Origin: an uncultured Actinomycetes bacterium | Lineage (GTDB): Bacteria > Actinomycetota > Actinomycetes > Streptosporangiales > Streptosporangiaceae | Assembly (NCBI GenBank): GCA_963809975.1 | Contig: CAWELT010000013.1 | Location: forward strand, 56,140 to 120,139 | Direction of reading: 5' to 3' | DNA: 64,000 bases | Made by a program: the position numbers and the translations under genes | Shown: one piece after another, positions 11,195 through 21,921 of the stretch | Layout: the number at the start of each line of letters is the position of its first letter | Numbering within the stretch: the stretch's first letter is position 1 | The notes under the pieces: model-generated | Databases searched by the model: none | The model's input: the letters and a program-made list of their open reading frames with translations, nothing else | What the model was told of the DNA's origin: nothing

Positions 11195-11233
11195 CGGAGG
11201 GTGCCTCCGTATAGTAACCGGAGTAGACCTCCG
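11195..11233. promoter_or_regulatory. two adjacent palindromes in the TetR/MFS divergent spacer (candidate TetR operators)
   Basis: CGGAGGgtgCCTCCG (11195-11209, perfect 6-bp arms) and CGGAGtagaCCTCCG (11219-11233) read directly. The function is inferred only from their position. Confidence 0.35.
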
Positions 11234-11309
11234 TTTCTAGCCCGAGTGTACCGCCTGGCCAGCGGACCCTCGAGCGCAAAGTGCACGGAGCACACAACGT
11301 GGAGGCAAA

Positions 11310-12902
11310 GTGTCTTCTTCCCCTGCTTTTGCGCCGGGAGCGCCGCCGGACCGGGGCACGGACCCGGGCACGGACCGGGGCACGCCGCGCCGCGGCTACG
11401 GCCACCGCGGAATCGCCCTGGTCATCCTGCTGTTCGCCCAGCTGATGGTCATCCTGGACGCCACGGTGGTGAACATCGCGCTGCCGCAAATCCAGCACGG
11501 CCTGCACTTCAGTGCGACCAGCCTGTCGTGGGTGATGAACGGGTACGCGCTGACGTTCGGCGGGCTACTGCTGCTCGGCGGGCGCGCCGGTGACATCCTG
11601 GGCCGGCGCCGGATCTTCCTCATCGGGGTCAGCCTCTTCACCCTCGCCTCGCTCGCGGGTGGCCTGGCTACCTCGGCCGGCCTGCTGCTGGCCGCGCGCG
11701 CGGCGCAGGGCGCCGGCGGGGCGCTGGCCTCGCCCGCGGTACTGGCGCTGATCGTAGGCAGCTTCTCCGAAGGCCGCGAGCGCACCCGCGCCCTGGCCAT
11801 CTACACCGGTGTGATCACCGGCGGGGCTTCCCTCGGCCTGGTGCTCGGCGGCGTCATCACCGAGTGGCTGTCGTGGCGGTGGGTGCTGTTCATCAACGTG
11901 CCGATCGGGCTGGCCGCACTGGCCGCCGCGCCCAGGTTCGTGGCGGAGACGCCGCGCCAGCCGGGCCGCTTCGACGTGGCCGGCGCGCTCACCTCGACCT
12001 TCGGCATGGCGTCGCTGGTGTACGCGTTCATCCGGGCCGCCGCCAGGGGCTGGGGGGACGCGCTCGCGATCACCTCGTTCGCGGTCGCCGCGCTGCTGCT
12101 CGCCGCCTTCCTGCTCACCGAGAGCCGCGCCCGGCAGCCGATCACGCCGCTGCGCCTGTTCGCCGACGTCAGCCGGTCCGGGTCCTACGCCGCGCGGCTG
12201 CTGCTGGTGGCCGGGATGTTCGGGATGTTCTTCTTCCTGACCCAGTTCCTGCAGGACGTTCTCGGCTTCAGCCCGCTGCGGGCCGGGATCGCCTTCCTGC
12301 CGATGACGATCTTGCTGTTCGCGGTGTCGCGGGTGGCCCCCCGGCTCATGGCGCTCGCCCGGCCCAAGACGCTGATGATCGCCGGCATGGTGCCGGTCAT
12401 CATCGCCATGGCCTGGCTGTCCCGTGTCTCGCCCGGCACCGGGTACTGGACCGGCGTCATCGGCCCGATGATGCTGCTCGGCGCGGGCATGGGGACCGTG
12501 TTCGTGCCGCTGACCACGGCCTCGCTGGCCGGCGTGCACCCGGAGGACTCCGGCGCGGCCTCCAGCATGGTGAACGTCATGCAGCAGGTCGGCGGCGCGC
12601 TCGGGCTGGCCGTCCTGGTCGCGGTGTTCGGCACGTCCTTCCGCGACGCGGCCCGGCACCCGCTGGCGGGTGCGGCCCCGGCCCTGCAGGCGCATCATGC
12701 CCTCGCGCACGGCATGGCCACCGCGTTCCTGCTGGCCGCCATCCTGGACGCGGTGGCACTGCTGGTGATCGTCACGCTGATCCGCACGCGGGCGCCCGTG
12801 ACCGCCCCGCCCCGCCGAGCCGGAAGAAGAGGCGCTGGCGGCCTAACGGGACCGGTGCGGGCCGGTCCTCGCCGCCGGGCCGGCCCGCGCGGTTCGGCAT
12901 GA
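11310..12902 (+). CDS. MFS transporter, DHA2 (EmrB/QacA, 14-TMS) type
   Basis: LMVILDATVVNIALPQI, motif A GRAGDILGRRR, about 14 hydrophobic segments. GTG start at 11310; the first 30 aa contain a 12-bp tandem repeat encoding DRGTDPGTDRGT. Confidence 0.85.
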   Translation: MSSSPAFAPGAPPDRGTDPGTDRGTPRRGYGHRGIALVILLFAQLMVILDATVVNIALPQIQHGLHFSATSLSWVMNGYALTFGGLLLLGGRAGDILGRRRIFLIGVSLFTLASLAGGLATSAGLLLAARAAQGAGGALASPAVLALIVGSFSEGRERTRALAIYTGVITGGASLGLVLGGVITEWLSWRWVLFINVPIGLAALAAAPRFVAETPRQPGRFDVAGALTSTFGMASLVYAFIRAAARGWGDALAITSFAVAALLLAAFLLTESRARQPITPLRLFADVSRSGSYAARLLLVAGMFGMFFFLTQFLQDVLGFSPLRAGIAFLPMTILLFAVSRVAPRLMALARPKTLMIAGMVPVIIAMAWLSRVSPGTGYWTGVIGPMMLLGAGMGTVFVPLTTASLAGVHPEDSGAASSMVNVMQQVGGALGLAVLVAVFGTSFRDAARHPLAGAAPALQAHHALAHGMATAFLLAAILDAVALLVIVTLIRTRAPVTAPPRRAGRRGAGGLTGPVRAGPRRRAGPRGSA

Positions 12903-12960
12903 CCGCCCGCCAGCCGATGGCGATATGAACACATTTCGGTAAATTCGGGATGTTTCGCCG

Positions 12961-15900
12961 TCATGCGGTGACCGTCACGGGCACGGCGTCGGTGTAGCGG
13001 ACCCGGCCGAAGTACATGACCTTGACCAGCGCCCACCACTGGGTGCCGGGGCGGGCGGCGGCCGGGACCCGGGCCCGGAAGCTCAGGGTGGCGCGGCCCC
13101 CCGGGCGGATCCGGAAGCCCTGCGTCCACGGCCCGAGCGCTTCCCAGCTGCCGAACGGCGACACGAGCTGCGCCTCCCCGCGCATCTCCGACGCCAGGCC
13201 GCTGGACAGCTCGACGCTGAGGTCGGCGGCGCCGCCCGGCGTGACCCGCAGCGCCGGGGTGAGCACGGCCAGCCCGAGCTCGGCGGCCGTCGCCGCGGTG
13301 TTCGCCTCGATCAGCGGCAGCACGTCCTGCAGGGGGAGGAAGAGATCGGGATTTCCGGGACCGCCGGCTTGCACCACGGCCGTGTCCTCGATCACCTGGC
13401 CCAGGTCGTCGGAGATCTGCGCCGCGACGATGTAGCGGCCGGCGGGTGTGCCGGGGCGCGCCCGGACAAGCACGTCCCAGTCCGCGTAGCCGCGGGCGGG
13501 CAGGTCGTAGGCGACCGCGCTGGCGTTACCGGGCGCGCTGGCCGTTCCGGGCGCGCGCCGGCACCGAAGTCGGCGGACAGGCCCGCGGGCACGAGCAGCC
13601 GGAGCGTGCCCGCGGCCGGCTCGGGACCGCAGGCCACGGTCACCCGGAGCGCCGCGGCCGCCTGGCCCGGGTCGGCGCCGCCCTGATCGGGCGGGCCGGG
13701 ATCAGCGAGCCGGGGATCGGGGCCGGGGCCGGGATCGGCGCCGGAGCCGTTCAGGCTCAGGCCGCTCAGGTGCGGTGCGATGTGCACGGCCACCGGCAGG
13801 TTGCCGGCCGGGGCGGGACCCTTCCCGTGCAGCCAGTACCGCGCGTACACGGGCTGCGCAGGTTCCAGCAGGCCGGCCAGGGTGCCCTCCGGGACCGCGG
13901 TCTCCGCCAGCAGGTTCGTGCCCTGCGGCACCGGCGGCTCCGCATCCAGGGCGGTGGCCGGCGGCACGACCGGCCGCACCACCGCGGTCACGGTGCCGAA
14001 CGGCGGGAGGTCGACGATGACCTCCTCGTCCTGGACCGGCAACGGGCCCAGATCCTTCTCCTCGAGCAGGTCGGTGAGGGACGCCGACGCGATGCCGCCC
14101 CTCAGCTGGACCCGCGCCCGGGCGGGCCGCCCCTCGGTTTCGCGCAGCCGGATGGTCAGCGCGTCCGCGGCCGCGGGCAGTCCCGGCCGGCCCTGGGCCA
14201 GCGGGTTGCCGTGCGGTTTCAGCGCGCAGAGCACCACCGCGGGCTGATCGACCGAGACCAGGCTGACCCCGGGCGCGAGCGCCGCGGCCGGGCCGCCGCC
14301 CGCACAGGTGATCAGGTCGTGGTTGTATTCGGTCCCGGCCGCGCTGAAGCCGGCGTCCCGCCAGTCGCCCTGCCCCGCCGCCAGCGCGTACTCGAACGTG
14401 TGGCTCCAGTGCTGCCACGCGAAGCTGCTGCCGTCCGGCGCGGCGCGCCTGTCGATGTCGATCCACACCCCGGCCGGCCACGCGCTGCAGCACCGCATCA
14501 GCGACATGTGCAGCGTGCCGTCCGGGCTGACGGCGCAGCCCGGGGTGCCCCGGTTGAGCAGCGCGACGGACTGGCCGGCCAGCGGCGCGTCGCTGTCAGT
14601 CACCCGGTCCGCGATATCGGCGGCGGGCACCTCGACCACGGCGTCGGCCAGGTCCTCGGCGAGGCCGGCGATGGCCGCGGCCAGGGTGCCCGGCGCGTCC
14701 CGCGCGTCCGGCTCGCCGCTTCCGGCCACGATCAGCACCGGCAGGTCCGCCTCACCCCGCAGGTCCGCGCTGGGCACGAAGGTGCCGGCGCGGTCCCTGG
14801 CCGCGGGCAGCCACAGCCGTGCGGTGCCGCCGCCCTCGAGCCGCGCACCGAGTTCCTTGGCGTAGGCGGAACCGGCCGCGCTGAGGGCCGCGGCGGTGAA
14901 CGGGTTGTCCTCCGGGCCGCCGAGCGCGATCCGCACGTCGGGCAGGTTGGAGTCCGCGTCGATCGAGCCGTACCGGGGGCCGTCGGCCCGCGAGCACGTG
15001 GCGGTGACGCCCGCCGCGGCCAGCGCCGCGATCAGGTCACGGATGGCGTCCCGGCTGGTGCGGTCGGCCTTCGGGCTGATCACTTCGGCGACGCCGATCG
15101 CCTGCGTCAGGCGCGTGCCGTCCGGGCCGGTGAGCGCGACCCGGGCGGTGGAGCCCACGCCGAACCAGTCGTGCGCCGGGTTGTCCAGCGTGAACCAGTG
15201 CTCGGCGGCGTCGACGTCGGGATGGCCGAACGGGCGCCCGATGACGGCCGTGGCCGTCTGGTACACCGGCAGGCCGCCGGGTACGTCAGCGGGAAAGCGG
15301 ACCCGCAGCAGCCGGTCCTGCCCGATGTCGCCGTCCACGTGGGTACGGAACTCCACCCGCTGCTCGCCGTCCCAGAGCAGGGTCTCCTGGGTGACCGTCA
15401 GTCCGCCCAGGCTGAATTCGGCGACCAGGCGCGAGCCGACGGGGCAGCGCTCGGCCCGGACCCGCGCGGGGGCGTCCGCCGAGCCCCGGCCCGGGCCCTT
15501 CGGGGACAGGTGCCAGGGGCCCTCGCCCCAGTGCGGGTGGCCCGGGTATTCCTCGGCCAGGACCATTTCGTTGCCGGGGCCCCGCAGCACGTTCGTCCCG
15601 GTGCGCCGGTCGGTGATGGCGTCAAGCGTCCCGCCGCGGGCCGGGTCGGCCGTCACCCGGAACGTCTCGTTCTCGATCGTCGTGCCGGGCGTCCGGGCCC
15701 ATCCGGCCAGCGCCTGCCCGGCGGCCACCGGGACCGGCTCCGCCGGTACCGGGGCCGGTACCGGCGCCGGTACGCGGGCCGGTTCCGCCGACGCCCAGTA
15801 GGCGCGGTAGCCGACGGCCGGCACGTCGGTGGCGCGGAAGGTCAGGGTCACCTCGGCCAGCGAGTGGTCGGGGTGCCGCCGGATGCCCTCGGCCAGTGCG

Positions 15901-17666
15901 GGAAGCTCGGCACCGCCGGGATCTCGCACCGCAATCCGTTCGGTACCGGGTTCGCCGATCGTCAGCGTGAACCGGGCCATGCCGGACCGCGGCCGGGAAA
16001 GGGTGTTGAAGACGCACAGCGTCGTTTCCCAGCCGGGCGCGGTCGCCGCGCCGGCCGCGCCGGGCGCGCCCGCGAGGTGCCGGGCGGCCGCGGCGCGGGC
16101 CACGTCGCCGCGTTCCCAGGCCTCCCGCCAGCCGCGCCAGCAGATCGAGATAGACCTGGTCGCCCTCGGTGCCGGTGATCGCATCGTGATGGGCGCCGTA
16201 GGCAATCTGGCGCCACGCCTTGTCGAGGGACTCGGCCGGGTACGGCGCACCGGCCAGCCAGGCGAGCGTGGCCAGCCGCTCGCCGTCCAGGCAGGCGACT
16301 TCGGCCGCGCGCTGCGCCTGCTTGGTGTCGATGTAGGAGACGTCCTTGCCGTTGTAGATGGGGTTCATGTCCCGGCTCTGCGGCGTGATCCACGCCCCGG
16401 TGCCCGCGGCGTCGGACCGGACGGCCTCGAAGAAATCGGCCGGCACGGCGGTCACGAACTTCGGCCAGACGTAACGGGCGTTCCAGTCGCGGTGGATCTC
16501 GGTCACCCAGCGCGGCGGGATCACATGGTCCGAGCCGACCGGCAGCATCACGTTGCGCGTCGCGGCGACCTCGGCCAGCGACCGGAACTGGCCGTACGCC
16601 TCGGTTTCCGCCGCGGCCAGGTCGGGCAGGTGCTGCATCCGCCAGCCGGCGCCATAGTGGTTGGCCATGTAGGAGGTGAGCAGGCCGCGGCCGTCCGGCG
16701 ACATCCACTCGAACTCGCTGGCGAACTGCATCCGCCGGTTACCGCCCTCGGTGCCCGACGGGCCCCACTGGTGGAACGGGCCGCGCGCCCACGAGGACGA
16801 CGTCAGCCCGGCCGCCGCCATCAGCCCCGGGTACCCGGGGTCGTGCCCGAACACGTCCAGCATCCACGCGGTCCGCGGGTCGCCGCCGAGGACGTCGCGC
16901 TGGAAGCCGATCCCGAAAACGGCGTTGCGGATCGTCGCCTCGGCGCCGGTGAGGTTCGTGTTCGGCTCGTTGTAGTTGCCGCCCACGATCTCGACCCGGC
17001 CGTCGGTGATGAAGTGCCGCAGGTCCGCCCGGTCCTCGGGGTAGGCGTCGAAGTACGGCTTGAGGTAGTCGATCTCGGCGAGCACGAACTTGTAGTCGGG
17101 GTCCTCCCGGGCCTTGTCCAGGTGCAGGCGGACCAGCTCGAACGCCGTCCGGACGTCGGGCAGCTGGCCGTCGGCGTCGGGCAGCAGCAGCCGCGACTCG
17201 GTGAACTGGCCCTGGGTGCCCCACCACACCGGGTCGTAGTGGAAGTGGCTGACCATCCACATGGTCCAGCCCGGCTCGGCCGCGGTCACCCTGGCCTCCA
17301 GGCGGGCCTGAGCGTCCCCGGTGCCGGTGGCTGCGCGCCGGGCGCCGGCCCGGTGGGCACCGCCGGCCCTGGGGCACCGTCGGCGGCCACGGCGACCGCC
17401 GTGACCGTACGCAGGCTCCCGGCCTGGTAGGGGGCGGCGAACTCCACCGGGACCTCGGCCGTCAGCGTGCCGCCCGGCTCCAGGCCGGTGACGCGGGCCG
17501 GCGCCGGGGTGGTCACACCGGGGCCGTCCACGCGTATCTCGACGGGGGTGCCCGGGCCGGTGACCAGGCCCAGGCCCTCGTTGACCAGGGTGACCTGGAT
17601 GATCTGGAGCGGACGCTGGGCCGAGCCGGTGAACAAATCCGTTGACGCTACCGCAGTAATCCGCAT
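12961..17666 (-). pseudogene. large GH38 alpha-mannosidase (about 1,570 codons) in four frame segments
   Basis: GH38 N-domain MWMVSHFHYDPVWW, VGGNYNEPNTNL and DVFGHDPGYP lie in ORF 15622..17682. The central and C-terminal domains lie in ORF 13392..16250. The N-terminal 100 aa are in ORF 17286..17666 and the last 170 aa in ORF 12961..13473. The segments join at about 17340, 16132 and 13545. Confidence 0.85.
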
Positions 17667-17797
17667 GGGTCCATCGTCGCACGCGCGCTCAGGCCAGCCC
17701 AGGGTCCTTCGGCCGGCCCGGCCGAATCCCCGCCGGCCGGCTGGCAGAACGGTGCCTGCCCACCCGGCCGATCTGGTCCGCTGGTAGCCTCCCCAGC

Positions 17798-18764
17798 ATG
17801 CCGTCGGCCTGGATCGGACTGACCCTCGCGTTTGCCTCGGCGGTGGTCACCAACACGGCCTACTCGCTGGAGCACGACGCGGCGGCGGCGCTGCCGCCCC
17901 TCACCCCGCGCCGCCCGTTCAGGTCGGTGGAGTGGCTGCTCTCGCGACCGGCACTGGCTCACCGCGTTCGGGGCCGAGACCGCAGGCTGGCTCATGTATG
18001 TGGCGGCCCTGCGGCTCGCACCGCTCGCGCTGGTGCAGGCGGTGACGGCGTCCGGGGTCGCCGTCCTGGCGTTCAGGACGGCGCGCGGGCACCCCTCCCG
18101 GCTCGCGCTGCACGAGCAGGTCGCCGTCGTCCTGGCGGTGGCCGGGCTGGCGCTGCTTGCCCTCTCGCTCGTCGGGACGACGGCATCCGATCAGCGCCCG
18201 GGGGTCGTTGGCATCGTCATCTGGCTTGCGGCGTGCGGCGGCGGCGCGGCGCTGTTCATCGTCATACCGACGCACTTCGCGCGCGCCGCATCGCTCGGCC
18301 TGGCGGCCGGCCTGCTGCTCGCCGTCGGCGACATCTCCGCGAAGCTCATCGGCTACGGCGGGCTGTGGCTGGTTGCGCTGGTCACGCTCATCGTCGGCTA
18401 TGCCATCGGGACGAGCGTGCTGCAGTCGGCATACCAGCGGGGCGACGCCCTGACGGCCGCCGGCACGGCGACGATGGTGACGAACGCAGTTCCGATCGCG
18501 GCCGGGTTCGTGCTGTTCGGCGAGACGCTGCCGCACGGAATGCGCGCCGTCCTGCAGGTCACGGCGTTCGCTTGCCTCGTGGTAAGCGCCGTCGCGCTCG
18601 GTCGCCAGCAGGCGCCCCGGCCCGGGGAGCAAGCGCCCCGGCCCGGAGGCAGGCGCCGCGCGCCGGGCCTGCTGGATGATCATCATCTCCGGCGGCCGGC
18701 CAGGCTGCAGCCGCCGGCCGGGTCCCGTCAGCGCGACCGGGCGCCCAGCACCGCCACCCCGTGA
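17798..18764 (+). pseudogene. multi-pass membrane protein (DMT/EamA-like), frameshift near 17950
   Basis: The N-terminus MPSAWIGLTLAFASAVVTNTAYSLEHD...SVEWLLSRP (ORF 17798) continues as HWLTAFGAETAGWLMYVAALRLAPLALVQAV in ORF 17832..18764. There are 8-10 hydrophobic segments. The 3' end is uncertain (Arg/Pro-rich repeat tail). Confidence 0.55.
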
Positions 18765-18954
18765 TGGCGCAGCGCGGGCCGGTAGGCGCCCAGGTGGCCT
18801 GGGCCGTCGCACCTGGCTGGCCCGCCCGCGTCCCACCGCCGTCACGATCGCGAGCATGATGGCCCGCCGACCTGGCCGGAGCGGCCTGCGCGGGATCGCG
18901 GAGGCCGGGTGATCGCGGCGGACGGCGGGTGAGGACGTCTCCATGGCCGCGACT

Positions 18955-19031
18955 ATATGTATGCGCATGCACTAGATGCAAGAGCAATTAATGTACTTGC
19001 ATATTTAGATGGGGAGCATTATCATTCGCCC
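18955..19031. promoter_or_regulatory. AT-rich block with palindromes upstream of the MarR gene (candidate promoter/operator)
   Basis: TGCAAG-N13-CTTGCA (18977-19001), ATGCGCAT and GCATGC palindromes in a stretch far less GC-rich than its surroundings. The function is inferred from position. Confidence 0.3.
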
Positions 19032-19457
19032 GTGAACGTGACGCAGTCCGAGCCGCCGGCGGATGAGGTGGTCAGTGTGTGGCGCGCCATCGCCGCCAGC
19101 CACGCCGCCGTGTGCTCGGCGCTGGAACGCGAGCTCGGCGAGCGGCACGGCCTCGGCGTGAGCGATTTCGAGGTGCTGGAACGCCTCGCGGAGAGCGCGG
19201 ACCGCAAGTTCCGGGCCCAGGAGCTGGCGGATGCGGTGCATCTCAGCCAGAGTGCCCTGTCCCGGCTGATCAGCCGCCTGGAGAAGAGCGGGCTGGTCGA
19301 GCGGTGCCTGTGCGACATGGACCGGCGCGGCATCTACGTGATGCTGACCGAGGCGGGCCGGCAGCGCCATGCCGAGGCGGCACCCACTCACCGGGACGTG
19401 CTGGCCGGCCTGCTCTCCGGCCCGATCCTGGCTCAGGCTCCGCCGGCCGCGGCCGCG
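19032..19457 (+). CDS. MarR family transcriptional regulator (no stop codon before the LacI start in the same frame)
   Basis: wHTH FRAQELADAVHLSQSALSRLISRLEKSGLVERCLCDMDRRGIYVMLTEAGR. Start taken at GTG 19032, after the AT-rich block. The frame stays open through ATG 19458. Confidence 0.75.
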
Positions 19458-20589
19458 ATGCCTGACCGGCCGGCCACTCTGCGGGACGTCGCCGCTGCGG
19501 CGCGCGTGCACCCGGCGACCGCCTCACGCGCGCTCAACCCCGAGACCCGGATCCTGGTCAGCGAGGAGACCGCCCGCCGGGTCAGCGACGGCCGCGGCCG
19601 CGCTCGGCTACCGGCCCAACCCGGTGGCGCGGAGCCTGCGGACCCGGCGGTCGCACACGGTCGGCGTGCTCATCCCCGATCTGAATAACCCGCTCTTCCC
19701 GCCCATCGTGCGCGGGCTGGAAGACCGCCTCGGGGCCGCGGGCTACGTCGCGCTGCTCGGCAACACCGACGGGGACAGCGGCAAAGAGCAGATCATCTTC
19801 GAGCAGATGCGGGCCCGTCACGTCGATGGGTTCGTGCTGGCGACCGCGCACGAGCACAACCCGGTCCTGGCCGAGGCCGCCCGGGCGGAGCTGCCGGTCG
19901 TCCTCATGAACCGGCTCGCCCCGGACTACAGCTTCTCCTCGGTCTCGGCCGACAACGAGCAGGGCATGCGGATGGCCGTCGCGCACCTGGCCGCGCTCGG
20001 GCACACGCGGATCGCGCACATCGCCGGGCCCCCGCAGGTCTCGACGGGCGAGGGCCGCCGCCGGGGCTTCCTGGAGGGCATGAAGGCCTCCGGGCTGGCC
20101 GTTGACGAGGACCTGATCATCACGGCCAGCGCCTACACCGTGGATGAGGGTACCCGCTGCGGTCGTGAGCTGCTGGGGCGCGGCGCCCGGTGCACCGCCG
20201 TGGCCGTCGCCAACGACATGCTGGCCGTGGGCTGCTACACCGGGCTGGACGAGGCCGGCCTGCGCTGCCCCGATGACCTGTCCCTGGTCGGGTTCAACGA
20301 CATGCCCTTCATCGACCGGCTCCGGCCGCCGCTGACCACGGTCAGGTTCCCGCACTACCAGCTCGGCACCGAGGCGGCACAGCTGCTCCTGGAGCGCGTC
20401 GCCAACCGGGACTGCCCCGTCAAGATCCTTTACCTGGCGCCGGAACTCATCGTCCGGGGCTCGACCGCGCCGCCCGCGGCCGCCGTCAAGGACGCGGACG
20501 GGGAGACCGCCCAGGCCGGCCCGGTGACCCGCGCGGTGCCGCTGCGCCGCAGCCGGTCCCGCTCCGCCGGCGTCCCGCCCGCGTCCTGA
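19458..20589 (+). pseudogene. LacI family transcriptional regulator, frameshift near 19578-19585
   Basis: The HTH MPDRPATLRDVAAAARVHPATASRALN is in the frame of ORF 18957. LGYRPNPVARSLRT and the whole sugar-binding core (VGVLIPDLNNPLF ... VGFNDMPF) are in ORF 19369..20589. Confidence 0.85.
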
Positions 20590-21139
20590 CATGCGGTTCC
20601 CCGCTGCCCGGGAAGGTGACGTCCTGGTACGGAGTCTGCTCCGTCATCGGGTGTGTCCCCGTTTCACGTGCGGCCCCGAGCGCGGTGAGCGCTGGGCCCG
20701 TGAGCCGGTAGGTGTCCCACTCGTCCATCGCGCGCGCCCCAACGGCCTGGTAAAACTCGATGGAGGGGGCATTCCAGTCCAGCACCGCCCAGTCCAGCCG
20801 TGCGTATCCGCGCTCGACACAGATGTGCGCTAGCTCAGTGAGCAGCGCCTTGCCGTAGCCGTGCCCCCGCATCGCGGGCTCGACGAAAAGATCTTCGAGG
20901 TAGATCCCGTGCGTGCCGGTCCAGGTCGAGTAGTTCAGGAACCACAGGGCAAAGCCCACGACAAGGCCGTCGTCACCGGCCGCGACGTGCGCGTAGATCG
21001 CGGGATTGCTGCCGAACAGTGACCGCCGGAGGTCCTCCTCGGTACCGGTGACCTGCTCCAGGGAGTGCTCGTACCGGGCCAGCTCCCGGATAAGCCGGTG
21101 GATCGCCGGGACATCCTCAGCCCGGGCAGACCTGATCAT
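20486..21139 (-). CDS. GNAT family N-acetyltransferase
   Basis: MIRSARAEDVPAIHRLIRELARYE ... LEDLFVEPAMRGHGYGKALL (acetyl-CoA motif A). Start at the internal Met (21139). The 3' tail overlaps the LacI end and may be over-extended. Confidence 0.85.
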   Translation of the reverse strand: MIRSARAEDVPAIHRLIRELARYEHSLEQVTGTEEDLRRSLFGSNPAIYAHVAAGDDGLVVGFALWFLNYSTWTGTHGIYLEDLFVEPAMRGHGYGKALLTELAHICVERGYARLDWAVLDWNAPSIEFYQAVGARAMDEWDTYRLTGPALTALGAARETGTHPMTEQTPYQDVTFPGSGEPHVRTRAGRRRSGTGCGAAAPRGSPGRPGRSPRPRP

Positions 21140-21203
21140 GGGGCCGGACGGCCCGGGCTCGCTGGGCCGGTATCGAGCGCCTCGCCGCCGCCTCACCAGC
21201 ACC

Positions 21204-21863
21204 TCACTTCTTACGAGCGAGCGTAAGACCGTCGCCGAGGGGCAGCATGACGACTTCCACCCGGTCGTCGGCGGCGGCGTGGTCGTTGAAGTCGCGCATG
21301 GCCTGGACCAGCTCGCTTTCGTTGCCGGCGTCGATGACCCGGCCGTGCGAGAACGTGTTGTCCACGAGGATGGCGCCGCCAGGGCGGACCCGCGGCACGA
21401 CCTCTTTCCAGTAGCCCAGGTAACCGGGCTTGTCGGCGTCGATGAACGCCAGGTCGAACTGCGGCTCGCGGGGCAGCGACCGCACGGTGTCCAGGGCCGG
21501 CCCGAGCCGCAGCTCGATCTTGCCCGCCAGCCCCGCCCGCTCCCAGTACTTGCGGGCCACCGAGGTCCACTCGTCGCTGAGGTCGCAGCACAGCAGGTGG
21601 CCGTCGCCGGCCAGCCCGCGGGCCAGGCAGATGGAGGAGTATCCGGTGAACGTGCCGATCTCTATCGCCGAACGGGCCCCGATCAGGCGCGTCAGGATCG
21701 TCATGAAGGTGCCCTGCTCGGGGGCGATGGCCAGCGATACCTCGCTGGGGAACCATTCGGCCGTTTCGTGCGCGAGCTCGCGCAGGATGGCGTCGGGCGG
21801 CGTGCTGTGCGCGCAGAGGTACGCGTTGATGTGCATGCCGATCTGTTCACTTCGCTGGGACAC
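21204..21863 (-). CDS. class I SAM-dependent O-methyltransferase (caffeoyl-CoA OMT-like)
   Basis: AIEIGTFTGYSSICLA, DLAFIDADKPGY, GGAILVDNT. Confidence 0.9.
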   Translation of the reverse strand: MSQRSEQIGMHINAYLCAHSTPPDAILRELAHETAEWFPSEVSLAIAPEQGTFMTILTRLIGARSAIEIGTFTGYSSICLARGLAGDGHLLCCDLSDEWTSVARKYWERAGLAGKIELRLGPALDTVRSLPREPQFDLAFIDADKPGYLGYWKEVVPRVRPGGAILVDNTFSHGRVIDAGNESELVQAMRDFNDHAAADDRVEVVMLPLGDGLTLARKK

Positions 21864-21921
21864 ACGCCTAACTTAACCGACCTGGCCGGGATGGTTCCGG
21901 GGGAATGTACGCTCATCGCCG

